DNA of 64,000 nucleotides from Candidatus Heimdallarchaeota archaeon (GTDB lineage: Archaea > Asgardarchaeota > Heimdallarchaeia > Hodarchaeales > Hodarchaeaceae), in assembly GCA_011364965.1 (NCBI GenBank), contig RDOB01000004.1:64001-128000 (forward strand). The letters are read 5' to 3'. How positions within the stretch are numbered: position 1 is the first letter of the stretch; every line of letters begins with the position of its first letter. Below, one piece after another: positions 48,831 to 59,824 of the stretch. The notes below the pieces were generated by a model. The model saw nothing but the letters and a program-made list of their open reading frames with translations, was not told the DNA's origin and made no database searches. The translations under genes and the position numbers were made by a program.

Positions 48831-50777
48831 TCAACGGCGAATTTGTACAGCGATTCCGCGATCAAATGATAACATCTCTTTTGCTGCAAGAATTGCACGA
48901 CCAAAATTAAGAAAATTATCAGAATTATCTACTACGAATACCTCTTCACCACAGCGAATCTCAGGGTCAACATCCAAGACAAATTTAGCCATAAGATCTC
49001 GATTTTGAGTAACAAACGGAATTGCATCTGGAGCTGCAATGACTCGTTGGTGAGGAGGAGAAAGATATTCATGTAAAAGAGTAGCTAATCGAGGTGTAGG
49101 GATGATACTGAAATCAGATGGCCGAATAGTTCCCAGGTTATCTTCAGAATCAGAAAATCGACGAATAATAGTTGTTTTCCTAGAACGATCAATAATTAAA
49201 TCACGATTCTGAAGACACAGGTGTGCATTTTTTCCAAACTGAAAATCTAGTAAAGCATTGATAATATGTCTTTCATCGAGCTTGGTTTCATCCTTATTCC
49301 GAATAAATTTTCCATCAGGAATGTCTGAGGTCGAAAATTGATCGAGAAATGAGAAGATGTTACAGACAGAAGGATGTACAATAACCTGTTTGAATTCATT
49401 GCAGAAGCTAGTGAAAAAAGAACGAATATAGTTCAGTATTTCCTCTTTAAACTGCATGGAAGGACGCTCATTCTGAACTAGAGGATATTGTCCTCGTAAT
49501 TCATCAGGAATTATACCAAATAAGGGAGAAAGCTGAATAACTTGGTATTTGCTAGTAGAATGGATTTTTTGGAAATCCTGTGTGACCAATAATTGATTAT
49601 TCCAGCGATAAAATCGATCTAATAATCGAGAACGATAGCGTTGTAGAAGAGGTTGGTGAACAAGTAAATCATCAACTATAAGTATGGCCCGAGGATGAGA
49701 AATTGGAGTAAAAGGTTCAATTTCTTGAGATGTCATTCTTCCAAATATTGTTTCTCGGATTTGAACAAGAGAGGGGTGATTCCGGAGTCTAGTAGCTACT
49801 AATTCCGATAAGCGCCCCATAATGATTGCTTGTTTAATACGCTTAATCTCTTCTAGACTAACCAATAAATTATGCTTTGCAAGCATAAGTATCCGAGTTT
49901 GAATATCAAGTTTCTGAAGCTCAGATGCTGAAAATTCCTGACATACAGAGCAGGAACAGGGTAGATATTGGAGCTGCTCTAGATATTCGGTACCAAACAC
50001 CGTGATATAACGATTTTTCTTAGCATAAAGGATATAAGCGGCGGAATCAAACATATCGACACCTAAATAAACCGCAATTGCGAAATACATGGGGTGACCA
50101 GCGCCAAACAAATGAATTGGACGGTCAATCGGAAGAAACCTCTTGGAGGTGAGGATCATCTTGCTGACTTTATCAAACTCATATCTTTCAAGGAGGGGAA
50201 CCACAGATCCGATAGGGTGGATATCGAAAGGCAATTTCGCCATGGATGTTGCGGATGATTCGACAAGGTCAAGAAATTCCCCACCTTGGATGGGTCCCGC
50301 CCATAAAATAGGTACATTGGTACTTCGACATTGGATATGATCCGCAGCCCGATTTAAAGTCTCAGTCAAGGCAGTAGAAAAATCTTGATATCTACCCCCT
50401 TTAGTGGGTAAATCTAGAAAGACCCCAATATCACTGCCTATGCGCTCCTGAAACTGAGTTATCTCCTGATTTGAAACAGAAACCTGACCATATTCCATTA
50501 ATTGAAAAGCACCAGAATCAGTCATTAAAGGGCCATCAAATCCAATAAAAGAATGTAAACCCTTCTCTAATGCTATAATGTGATTTTCAGGATTCCGAAA
50601 TAATAAATAAGCATTGGTAATAAAAGCTTCTGCACCACAACGAGTCATATCAGTGGGAGAGATTAATTGGCGATTGGGATTGATGACAGGAAGGAGAATA
50701 GGAGTATTAATCTTACCATGTTTAGTTTCAATGATACCAATTCTTGCTAAGCCATCCTTTTTACGAATAGAAAACAT
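48831..50777 (-). CDS. tgtA: Archaeosine tRNA-guanine(15) transglycosylase
   Basis: MTDSGAFQ, HLFGAGHP, DMFDSAAY, CSCSVC zinc site, C-terminal PUA. Confidence 0.96.
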   Translation of the reverse strand: MFSIRKKDGLARIGIIETKHGKINTPILLPVINPNRQLISPTDMTRCGAEAFITNAYLLFRNPENHIIALEKGLHSFIGFDGPLMTDSGAFQLMEYGQVSVSNQEITQFQERIGSDIGVFLDLPTKGGRYQDFSTALTETLNRAADHIQCRSTNVPILWAGPIQGGEFLDLVESSATSMAKLPFDIHPIGSVVPLLERYEFDKVSKMILTSKRFLPIDRPIHLFGAGHPMYFAIAVYLGVDMFDSAAYILYAKKNRYITVFGTEYLEQLQYLPCSCSVCQEFSASELQKLDIQTRILMLAKHNLLVSLEEIKRIKQAIIMGRLSELVATRLRNHPSLVQIRETIFGRMTSQEIEPFTPISHPRAILIVDDLLVHQPLLQRYRSRLLDRFYRWNNQLLVTQDFQKIHSTSKYQVIQLSPLFGIIPDELRGQYPLVQNERPSMQFKEEILNYIRSFFTSFCNEFKQVIVHPSVCNIFSFLDQFSTSDIPDGKFIRNKDETKLDERHIINALLDFQFGKNAHLCLQNRDLIIDRSRKTTIIRRFSDSEDNLGTIRPSDFSIIPTPRLATLLHEYLSPPHQRVIAAPDAIPFVTQNRDLMAKFVLDVDPEIRCGEEVFVVDNSDNFLNFGRAILAAKEMLSFDRGIAVQIRR

Positions 50778-50912
50778 AGAAACGCGTTGACTCCATTATA
50801 AAGGGCATAATGGTCGAATCGAATATATTTCAACCAAGTCCTGCCAACAAAATACTCCTCATATAATTTATTGTTAAAACAGACATACATGAAAAAAAAA
50901 GAATAATGGATT

Positions 50913-51815
50913 TTATTTTGGGGATTGAACTTTTTGTTTCAATTCAGAGAGTTCTATCGAAGTATCAGCAGTTGAACCATCAGCAGAAGCTTCGGTTGTA
51001 GGAGAAGTCTCACATACATCCAAAACTGTTTGAAAAATCCGATGGACCTCTTTTACCTTAATTTCCTCTTCGTTCTGAGTAAATTCAGATGGGAGTGGAA
51101 TTTCAGTCCAGATTTCCGATTGGGAGAACCCAGTGAATACTGAACTCTTCTGGAGCTCATTTTGAACCACAGAGGCATCTTTGAGTTTTAAATTGAGGAA
51201 ATTCAATTCAATAAAACTCTCTTCGACATTTAAAGAAATTTCTAGACCAAAACTCTCAGTTATACACTCAACAATCGAACGAAACATTTTAAGACTATGG
51301 ACTGTTGTATCCTGTGCGTTTACAAGGCATAAATCTAATTTCGGCCAAAGAAGAAAGATCTGTCCACGAATATAGTTAGTTTCAATTAATTGATCCATAG
51401 CCCCCATTGGAAGAACTTCTTTGCTCTTGATAATGGTTCTACGTATTAAATCAGAGGCAGATCGAAGACTAGTGGATTGCTTGTCATGGATAATTTTCCA
51501 AAAGTCATCCAGATAAATATACACATCAGGCTGTAGGGGTTCACCTTCTTGAAAAGCTCGAGACAAACCTTTCAACCGTTGAGAATAGCAGAACATAGGC
51601 ATGTTTTTCTTATTTTCACGCTTTAATAAGAGAATATCTAAGTATCGACGATCAGTACACTTCGGACGAAGCATATTGACCACTTTATTGTTCTGACACT
51701 TGGTTAGGCAAAACTCACGGCGATCGCGGACCATTTCTTCCCATAAGGTAATGCCAGATACTAAATTGAGAGTTGTTATCCCAACTTTGGGGGCCTCCTT
51801 TTCGGTCCACTTCAT
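50913..51815 (-). CDS. Hypothetical protein with a four-Cys N-terminal region
   Basis: 300-aa ORF with AAGGAG upstream; CxxxC...C...C. Confidence 0.7.
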   Translation of the reverse strand: MKWTEKEAPKVGITTLNLVSGITLWEEMVRDRREFCLTKCQNNKVVNMLRPKCTDRRYLDILLLKRENKKNMPMFCYSQRLKGLSRAFQEGEPLQPDVYIYLDDFWKIIHDKQSTSLRSASDLIRRTIIKSKEVLPMGAMDQLIETNYIRGQIFLLWPKLDLCLVNAQDTTVHSLKMFRSIVECITESFGLEISLNVEESFIELNFLNLKLKDASVVQNELQKSSVFTGFSQSEIWTEIPLPSEFTQNEEEIKVKEVHRIFQTVLDVCETSPTTEASADGSTADTSIELSELKQKVQSPK

Positions 51816-52296
51816 TTGGTGTGATGCTCCTTATATCGGCTGAGTGATGAAAAAATACAAGAATAAGCAACGTTTTTTCAGAGAAATATCGCTAGATGCA
51901 ACTACTAGGATACACGATGGTGCTACGTTCTATAAACAAAAAATGCACCGCATCATAAAAATCTTGCCGTATTAGAACCGCACCCTAAACCAACTGAGTT
52001 GAAAAACTACAAACACCGACAAAAACTCCTCAAAATAATCTTTAAGGGGAAAAGCGAGAGAAGACTGATTTTGGTCAAAGAAGCTGAATTCTAATTTAAA
52101 ACATAAAATTTTAGATGTAGAATTTGATTACTGAATTTTATACTAATGAGGTGGGAATAAATTATAATAAGACGAGTAAGAGGTAAATAAGAAAAGAAAA
52201 TCTTGGAAGAAATTAGTTCTTTCATAAATTTGCCTAAGAGGAAAATTAAAATAGCTAAAAAAAAATTAAATAAGAAATACTGAAATAAGAGTCTGG

Positions 52297-53043
52297 ATGG
52301 TAATTAAATTGGATATTGATAGACAAAGAATATCTGCGGTCAATATAGAGAAAGTCATTAACTATAGGAAAACCAAACCGACGAAAGAACAGGATATTTT
52401 AATAAAGAATCGATCTCTTGTCGAAAAGCTGTTAAATACTCTCAAGGGGAAAGAATCAAGCCCAGAGGAGATAACCGCTCATATTAAGTGGTTAGAAAAA
52501 GTTTCTAAATACATTCCAATTTCTTCAGAAAAAGAGCTCGAAGAAATAATAAGGTATATGATCCTTTTAAGCAAAGAACGAGCAAAATATAATGAATTGT
52601 ACGACTATCCAGGGCTAGACCTAATGAAACGCGTTCGGGAGACAATGATTCGCTATATGGTTGTTTTGAGCGAATTACGTGCGCGAAGAAAGGAGTACTT
52701 GGAATATTGGTTTACTGACGAATATTGGATAACTGAATTAAGTCGAATATTATTTGATACGGAACCAACAAAGCCATTGAAGAAATATGGATTTGAAAAA
52801 GTCCCAGCAGGGGACTTCCTGCTCTTGTTGCTACTAGAATTGGCCACTGCAGATGATACCTCAAAATTAGATAAGCCTATGGTTCGATTACAAGCAATAA
52901 AAGGTAAAGAAGCAACGTTCATTGTCATTCCGACTGAAGCAGCAGCTTTAGAATATCAACCTCAGATTGATCAAATCCTTAACAACCAAATTACATTTAC
53001 TATCTGGGTAAAAGATACCTTAAGAGCATTCAAGTTACCATGA
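52297..53043 (+). CDS. Hypothetical protein
   Basis: 248-aa ORF; no family recognised. Confidence 0.7.
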   Translation: MVIKLDIDRQRISAVNIEKVINYRKTKPTKEQDILIKNRSLVEKLLNTLKGKESSPEEITAHIKWLEKVSKYIPISSEKELEEIIRYMILLSKERAKYNELYDYPGLDLMKRVRETMIRYMVVLSELRARRKEYLEYWFTDEYWITELSRILFDTEPTKPLKKYGFEKVPAGDFLLLLLLELATADDTSKLDKPMVRLQAIKGKEATFIVIPTEAAALEYQPQIDQILNNQITFTIWVKDTLRAFKLP

Positions 53044-53406
53044 AAACTGATCAAATTAAACTGGAGTGAACTCGAAAATGTAGCTGACAAGCTGCATCAA
53101 ACCGAGTTCCATACTAATTTTTTATGAATTTATTTCCTTGCAAAAACAAGATTTGTATAAAAATAACAGGAGATAATTTTGTCCATTATTTGGCATGTTT
53201 TTTTCCTATTCATTAATTCTATATTAGTTAAAAACAATATACCACGAAGTTTAAAATTATACTTAAAGGTATATTCTTCTAAATGATATTTCCTAGTCAG
53301 CATTGGTAATATTCAAAGCTTATATTCAAATACCGCAAGGTTTAATAAGTCATATTAGAAAATATTATCCTACGTTCGTTCAAAATCGTGATGAGGTCGA
53401 GTAGAC

Positions 53407-54018
53407 ATGGCTCGGGGTAACAAGTATGAAACAGATCCAAAGCTACTAGATGTTCTACTTGAGACCCATAGACCTCTTTCTGTATCTGAGTTAGGACGGA
53501 TCAGTGGATTAGGACGAGACAAAGCTCGTAGTTTCACAGATCGAATTATTCTAGGCAAAGCTGGAGTCCCTCCCCCTCCTGGGGTCAGAATTGTTGATAT
53601 ACTCATGTCTCGTGTTAATTCAAACCATCACTTCCGTTTTGTAGGAATAAAAGACGAGTCTTACTGGAAAGATTGGTTAAATCAAGTCACTAAGGAAGGA
53701 TATCGAATTGCAAGAGATCATTTTGATATTTTTCCTAATTATGAACTTGATCCTGCCCTTCTCGATACCATTCGGAAGAATGTATCAGCAATTAAAGAAG
53801 CAGCAGGTCGGAATAATCGTTCTCCAGAACGCTTCCTTGATGAAATGCTTGCTTATGTTTTACATCCTAATTTCGAGAAAGGAAGGTCTTTACTAAATAT
53901 TATTGCTGCAGCAGCTCAATCTAATGAGGATCAAACAGAGAAATTAGTAGCTTTGAGATTTTTATCTCGTTCAGGCTTCATTAGAAGCCAATCTAACCCC
54001 AAAAAGGAGGATAGCTAG
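53407..54018 (+). CDS. wHTH-like protein
   Basis: LLDVLLETHRPLSVSELGRISGLGRDKA fits an HTH pattern; GAGGT upstream. Confidence 0.65.
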   Translation: MARGNKYETDPKLLDVLLETHRPLSVSELGRISGLGRDKARSFTDRIILGKAGVPPPPGVRIVDILMSRVNSNHHFRFVGIKDESYWKDWLNQVTKEGYRIARDHFDIFPNYELDPALLDTIRKNVSAIKEAAGRNNRSPERFLDEMLAYVLHPNFEKGRSLLNIIAAAAQSNEDQTEKLVALRFLSRSGFIRSQSNPKKEDS

Positions 54019-55043
54019 TGGTTAAGAAGGTTCAAAAAATAAAACCGATTTCACGAACGCTCAATCCTCCTAATACCGATTTTGATAACATTCTTGATCG
54101 CTTAGCCAGCTTTGATACTCCTGAGGAGGAAATTATTGTAATCACCGATGTTTTCGGCGTAGCTGATAACATTCTAGATGACTTGGGTCAAATTGAAGCA
54201 GATATTTCTCGGATTCAAGAGCAGCGACCTGATTTTCAACCTCCCCGTAGAAAAGCTCTTATTTTTTCTGATTCCACTGATGTTCTTTCTGAGCTTGGCT
54301 CATTATTCCTAAATTGCCGTATATGTAACAATGGGATCCTTAAACACGAACTCATTAATGGACTCTGTTTTGAGTGTCATAATAAGTCCGAACTCGTTCA
54401 GGAAAAGGAACATCTTATTGTAGAGGATGAATTTAAATTTGAACCTCTCTTAAATCGGATTCGAGAATTAGAATCCCAAGTTCGGGAATTACGATCTAAA
54501 TTAGACGCCAATCTGCAATCAAATACTTTATTTTCATCCCCTACTGTTCATTCTACACCTCCTCCACCTCCTCCAGCTCCTTCTGCATTTAATGTTACAC
54601 CTGTTGTGGAATCCCAAGATATCAATTTTTCTGAAATGACCTTAGAGGAATTGAAAGCCCTCAATCCTATTCTTTTGGGCAGTTTATCACTTCATCAAAA
54701 AAACCTCTTCAATACTCGTTTAAAGGAGTTAGAAGAGCTGCAAAATTTGACTCCTTCTCAGAAAGCTGAATACCTCAAACGAAAGGAACACGAATCTCTT
54801 CAGGCTCTTCATCTAAATGAATTTAAAAATGCCTTAAAGAACTTGGAAGAACTAGGTAATCCATTATTTGCTAAGATGCGAGAGCAAGCCGAGCAATCGG
54901 CCATTACTGGATATGGTACTTTTGGAAGTTTCAGCAAAAAGACACTTTACATTCCCTGTTACAGTTGTGGAGATACCAATGAGCTGGAAGAAGATGATGA
55001 ATTTAGGTGTAAATTCTGTCAAGCTCCACTAAGTGAAAGATAA
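54018..55043 (+). CDS. Zinc finger / coiled coil / polyproline / zinc ribbon protein
   Basis: CRIC..CFEC, heptad region, TPPPPPPAPS, C-terminal CYSC..CKFC; 1-nt overlap with the upstream gene and AGGAGG upstream. Confidence 0.72.
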   Translation: MVKKVQKIKPISRTLNPPNTDFDNILDRLASFDTPEEEIIVITDVFGVADNILDDLGQIEADISRIQEQRPDFQPPRRKALIFSDSTDVLSELGSLFLNCRICNNGILKHELINGLCFECHNKSELVQEKEHLIVEDEFKFEPLLNRIRELESQVRELRSKLDANLQSNTLFSSPTVHSTPPPPPPAPSAFNVTPVVESQDINFSEMTLEELKALNPILLGSLSLHQKNLFNTRLKELEELQNLTPSQKAEYLKRKEHESLQALHLNEFKNALKNLEELGNPLFAKMREQAEQSAITGYGTFGSFSKKTLYIPCYSCGDTNELEEDDEFRCKFCQAPLSER

Positions 55044-55073
55044 GATTAGCTTTTAAATGAAGACTGATTCACC

Positions 55074-56942
55074 TCACCCATTTGGCTCCTCTCTCTTCTT
55101 TGTTTCAGTTATTTCTGATTTTTTCGTTTTTAGGCCTCTTAGGTTTGTTGAAGTACGCAATTTATCGATTCTATGATAGGCTTGCTTCCACAGTTTTTGG
55201 ATCTGCTGAAGTTCAGGCATTTTTGAGATAATCTGAGGATCTTTCGTGAGTGCATCCACCGTATCTGTTACAAGCAATAATTCAACATCTTTCACTTCCT
55301 CAGTCACCTTCTTTTTCTCAGGTTCGTCTGCAAGTAATACTAGTTGTCGCTTTTTCAAATTGAGATCAATCAGCTCTTCTGTATACCTATTTTTGGTCCG
55401 TTTATAAGCTGCTTCTGATATTTCCCCTTTTTCGCGGGCATTCAAGAGAATGTTCAATGTTTCTTCGACAAGGGAGATCTGATATTCTATGTATTCCCCT
55501 CTTGACTCCTCTTGTGCAAGTAAGGTCTGATATCTTTCCTCTAAGAGGAATAGTTCCTCTTTTAAGGGATAACTTAAGCGACGAAAATCACTGGATCTTA
55601 TCATTTTCTCAGTCCGATCTTTCACTAACTTTTCTAGCTCAGCCTCAATAGCAAGTTTTTGGGCCTTTATTTCCTCTAATTCACTTAGCTCCTCCACGAC
55701 TTCAGTTTTTCTTGAAACTGGCCTAATAATTAATCCTTGCAGGGTTCCAGTTAGTAACACCACAATAAGTGAGGAATAAAGAAGGAGTTCTGCAAGTGGA
55801 GGATTTAATGGTTCCAAATTAACATAAGCGTATAATGCCAGAATAGCTGTTGTCAGACCTTTAAATCCAGCGATTCCTACAAACAAGCGTTCTTTATTTG
55901 TGAAAAATCTAGCTGTTTTGATTTGTAATTCTAGTGGTAAGGTCACAGCAAATACCGCAATAATCCGACTGCCGATTACAATTAGACTAATAAGGGCAGC
56001 GATAAAAATATAATTAGGTAATATCTTAATGCTTAAAAGAACCCCAATGAATATAAAAGCCACGATTTCAAATAGAAACGTAACATCTTCCCAGAAATCA
56101 TAAAGGTGAGTACGTGAGAAGAACGCTTCCAAGCCGATATACCGAGGATTACGAATTATTACCCCACTAACAATGGCTGCAATCGCAGAGGATATCTGGA
56201 GGGGACCAGAAATTACAAATATCAAAAAAACTGCGCTTAAGGAAATAAATGAGATTTCACTTTTTTTCTCCACGATGACCATGAATCGAAGTGCTCCCCA
56301 GCCAATGATACCCCCAATAATGATTCCTCCAATGATTGCCCATCCACCAAGGATAATGAGGTTGAAGGAAAATTGAAGTTGTCCCTCCCCCTCAATTAGT
56401 TGAGGAACAAAGATAATTACCACTAATAGAATTGCTATTACATCATTAAAAGCGCTCTCTCCTCCTAAGATTGTCTCAATCTGTTCTTTGACCCGTGTCC
56501 CTCCTCCCCGAAGAATGGAAAACGTAGCTGCAGGATCTGTTGGAGCGATAGTTGCTCCTACTAATAATGCAGCTAATAAACCAATAGAAGTGAAATGAAA
56601 TAATTCAATAGATATACCAACTAAAAATGCCGTTAAAAAAGTCCCAAAGAAGGCTAAGAGGAGGATGGGGAGAAAATATCTCCTTAAGGCTGTGATATTG
56701 GTATGCATGCCCTCTTTGAAAAGCACAATAATCAACGCCATTTCTGCAATCAGTAAAGTAGTATCTCTTATTACATTCAATTCAAGGGTAAAATCGGTAT
56801 AAGCAACTAAAAAAGTAAGAACTAATCCTGTGAGTATTAAAGGAATTGTTTTAGGGAATTTATATATTTCCGCAGCTCTTCCAACTAATACACCGGCAAA
56901 AATCACAACAATGAGAGTATATACAGCTGTTAATTCGCTCAA
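55074..56942 (-). CDS. CPA1 (NhaP-type) cation/H+ antiporter with a long cytoplasmic tail
   Basis: APTDPAA, GESAFND, ~12 TM helices, FKG in the late TM motif. Confidence 0.92.
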   Translation of the reverse strand: MSELTAVYTLIVVIFAGVLVGRAAEIYKFPKTIPLILTGLVLTFLVAYTDFTLELNVIRDTTLLIAEMALIIVLFKEGMHTNITALRRYFLPILLLAFFGTFLTAFLVGISIELFHFTSIGLLAALLVGATIAPTDPAATFSILRGGGTRVKEQIETILGGESAFNDVIAILLVVIIFVPQLIEGEGQLQFSFNLIILGGWAIIGGIIIGGIIGWGALRFMVIVEKKSEISFISLSAVFLIFVISGPLQISSAIAAIVSGVIIRNPRYIGLEAFFSRTHLYDFWEDVTFLFEIVAFIFIGVLLSIKILPNYIFIAALISLIVIGSRIIAVFAVTLPLELQIKTARFFTNKERLFVGIAGFKGLTTAILALYAYVNLEPLNPPLAELLLYSSLIVVLLTGTLQGLIIRPVSRKTEVVEELSELEEIKAQKLAIEAELEKLVKDRTEKMIRSSDFRRLSYPLKEELFLLEERYQTLLAQEESRGEYIEYQISLVEETLNILLNAREKGEISEAAYKRTKNRYTEELIDLNLKKRQLVLLADEPEKKKVTEEVKDVELLLVTDTVDALTKDPQIISKMPELQQIQKLWKQAYHRIDKLRTSTNLRGLKTKKSEITETKKREEPNG

Positions 56943-57239
56943 GATATCACACTCACAACCTAGGTTTGTGTATTCATTTAATAATAGTAATCTTTGAGGT
57001 GATTAAGTAATTTTGAGATGGTTTTAGTTAAAATTCCTCAAATAAGAACCAGTAGTCTTAATATGAAAATCATTATGACAATAATAAAATCGTCTTAAGG
57101 CTTTTTGAAGAAATGAAGGGTTATATAGGTTTGAAATCTTGAAGATATTAATTCTCTTTAAAGATATCTTTCGACATTTATTGATTCGGGGTTAGAAATG
57201 TTCTCCTTATTAGTAATTAAAGTATAACAGTGAGGTTAG

Positions 57240-59765
57240 ATGGCTCAACTTATTAATCCTTGGGCAAAAGACAGTAGTGATCTGATTGATCTCTTAGAAT
57301 CAGATTTATATGGTTTAACACAAGAAGAATCCAATAAACGATTAACTCAATATGGTTTGAATTTATTAAGCCCAAAGAAAAAATTAAATACAGTTTCTGC
57401 TCTTTTAAGTCAATTTAAAAGTCCCATTATATTTCTATTGTTATCTGCTGCTTTTCTGGCCTTTATAACTGGAGACCAAATTGATGGAATAATAATAAGT
57501 GCAATAATCCTCTTTAGCAGTCTGTTAGGATTTTGGCAGGAAAGAATGGCGACTAATGCAATTGAAAAATTAATGTCTAGAATCCACACCCATGCTAAAG
57601 TTTTAAGAAAGGGAAATCCAGTCTTAATCCCGCTAGAACAGATTGTTCCAGGAGATATCATTCTATTATCTGCTGGGAACATTGTTCCAGCTGATTTACG
57701 TTTATTGGAAACAAATCAATTGTTTACCAACGAAGCTACGTTAACTGGGGAAACTTTTCCAATAGAAAAATCCCCGAGTATTTTGAATGAAGATTCATCT
57801 CTTTCTAAAAGAACTAATATGGTATATATGGGAACTTATATAGTAAGTGGCACTGGGAAGGGATTAGTTATTAAAACAGGTCAAGAAACTGAGTTGGGAA
57901 TGATTTCAGCAAGATTAGGGACCAAAACTCCCACTCCTGAATTTGAACGAGGAATTAAACAATTTGGATTGGTACTGATGGAAATTGTCCTTCTCATTAC
58001 CATTACAATATTTGGCATTAATGTGTATCTTAATAGGCCTGTTCTTGATTCATTTCTTTTTGCTCTTGCTTTAGCTGTAGGTCTGACTCCACAGCTATTG
58101 CCAGCTATAATCATGGTAAATCTCTCCCGAGGAGCAAAAAAAATGGCTGATAAGAAAGTGATAGTTAAAAAATTGACCTCAATCGAAAATTTTGGGAGTA
58201 TGAATGTGCTATGTTCAGATAAAACGGGGACATTAACCCAGGGGATTATGACAATTCATTCTACTGTTGATATTGAGATGCACACACAAGTAAAAATTTT
58301 GGATTATGCCTATCTAAATGCTTATTATCAAACAGGTTTTCAGAATCCTATAGATGACACAATTTGTGCCTCTCATACAGTTAATGCACCAGAATTTCGG
58401 AAATTAGATGAACTTCCATATGATTTTATACGCAAAAGAATTAGTGTTCTATTTTCCACTCCTGGAATGAATATTATAATCGCAAAGGGAGCTGTCACTA
58501 ATTTATTAGAGATATGTAATTATATCGAAAAATCTGATGGAGCGGTCCTTGAAATTGACATTTATACAGAAAAAATTCATTCACTCCTTTCCGAATTCAG
58601 TACTCAAGGATTAAGATGTATTGGAATTGCTTATAAAAATGTTGATACTTTAACGAAGATGAGTAGAGCTGATGAAGCTGAATTTGTATTTTTAGGCTTT
58701 CTTCTTTTAATGGATCCGTCTAAACCAGAAGTTCCAGCAGTCATCCAAGAATTAAAATCTTTGGGTATTACATTACGAATCATTACAGGAGACAATCAAC
58801 ATATTGCAAAAACAGTTGCAGAGAATGTTGGAATCATCCATCCCCAGATCATAACAGGCAATCAAATACGTAAACTCAGTGATGAGGCATTAATTATTCA
58901 AGCAAATCAAACTGATGTTTTTGCAGAAATTGAACCAAATCAGAAGGAGCAAATCATCCTAGCTTTAAGAAAAAGTGGAAATGTCGTTGGTTACATGGGA
59001 GATGGGATTAATGATGCTTCAGCCTTACATGCAGCAGATGTGGGGATCTCTGTTGATTCAGCTGTAGATGTAGCTAAAGAAGCTTCAGAAATTATTCTTC
59101 TCGAGAAAAACCTCGAAGTTCTTTTGAATGGTATCAATGAAGGGAGGAAAACTTTTGCAAATTCCTTAAAGTATGTTTTAATAACCATTAGTGCTAATTT
59201 TGGAAATATGTTTTCTATGGCAATAGCTTCTCTCTTTCTCCCATTCCTTCCCTTGCTACCAACACAAATACTTCTAATAAATTTTATGACCGATTTCCCC
59301 TCAATGACAATAGCTACTGACGATGTTGATCTGGAAATGATAAAAACTCCCAAAAGATGGAATATTAGAGATATTACGGAATTCATGATTACGTTTGGAT
59401 TAATGAGTACAATTTTTGATGTTTTAACTTTTATTGTGTTGATTTCCGTACTCCATGCCCAAGAAGCAGAATTTCAAACAGGATGGTTCTTAGTCTCGGT
59501 TGTATCGGAATTGTTGATACTTTTAGTGATTAGAACACGAAAGATATTCTATAAAAGCAAACCGAGTAATAATTTATTAATATCGACCATCATTGTGATT
59601 TTAGCAACATTAATCGTTCCCTTTACTCCTTTAATTTCCTTGTTTGGATTTTCACCCATTCCCCCAATGTTTTTAGTAATCCTTGCAGTTATTATCAGTC
59701 TGTATATACTTACAACTGAATTAGGAAAACGAATCATTTATTCTCACATTAAATTCTTTTCCTAA
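57240..59765 (+). CDS. mgtA: Mg2+-importing P-type ATPase (P3B)
   Basis: LTGE, AVGLTPQLLP, DKTGTLT, MGDGIND, SANFGNMFS. Confidence 0.93.
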   Translation: MAQLINPWAKDSSDLIDLLESDLYGLTQEESNKRLTQYGLNLLSPKKKLNTVSALLSQFKSPIIFLLLSAAFLAFITGDQIDGIIISAIILFSSLLGFWQERMATNAIEKLMSRIHTHAKVLRKGNPVLIPLEQIVPGDIILLSAGNIVPADLRLLETNQLFTNEATLTGETFPIEKSPSILNEDSSLSKRTNMVYMGTYIVSGTGKGLVIKTGQETELGMISARLGTKTPTPEFERGIKQFGLVLMEIVLLITITIFGINVYLNRPVLDSFLFALALAVGLTPQLLPAIIMVNLSRGAKKMADKKVIVKKLTSIENFGSMNVLCSDKTGTLTQGIMTIHSTVDIEMHTQVKILDYAYLNAYYQTGFQNPIDDTICASHTVNAPEFRKLDELPYDFIRKRISVLFSTPGMNIIIAKGAVTNLLEICNYIEKSDGAVLEIDIYTEKIHSLLSEFSTQGLRCIGIAYKNVDTLTKMSRADEAEFVFLGFLLLMDPSKPEVPAVIQELKSLGITLRIITGDNQHIAKTVAENVGIIHPQIITGNQIRKLSDEALIIQANQTDVFAEIEPNQKEQIILALRKSGNVVGYMGDGINDASALHAADVGISVDSAVDVAKEASEIILLEKNLEVLLNGINEGRKTFANSLKYVLITISANFGNMFSMAIASLFLPFLPLLPTQILLINFMTDFPSMTIATDDVDLEMIKTPKRWNIRDITEFMITFGLMSTIFDVLTFIVLISVLHAQEAEFQTGWFLVSVVSELLILLVIRTRKIFYKSKPSNNLLISTIIVILATLIVPFTPLISLFGFSPIPPMFLVILAVIISLYILTTELGKRIIYSHIKFFS

Positions 59766-59824
59766 CCTCCATTCAATGGAAATTCCAATTGAATATTAGT
59801 ATGAAATTTCATATAGCTTGGAAT

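Noticed and set aside
51848-51976. 42-codon plus-strand ORF (MKKYKNKQRFF...) and a nearby GTGATGA C-box-like motif
   Set aside because: No recognisable motif or clear RBS, and no suitably spaced D box for a C/D sRNA
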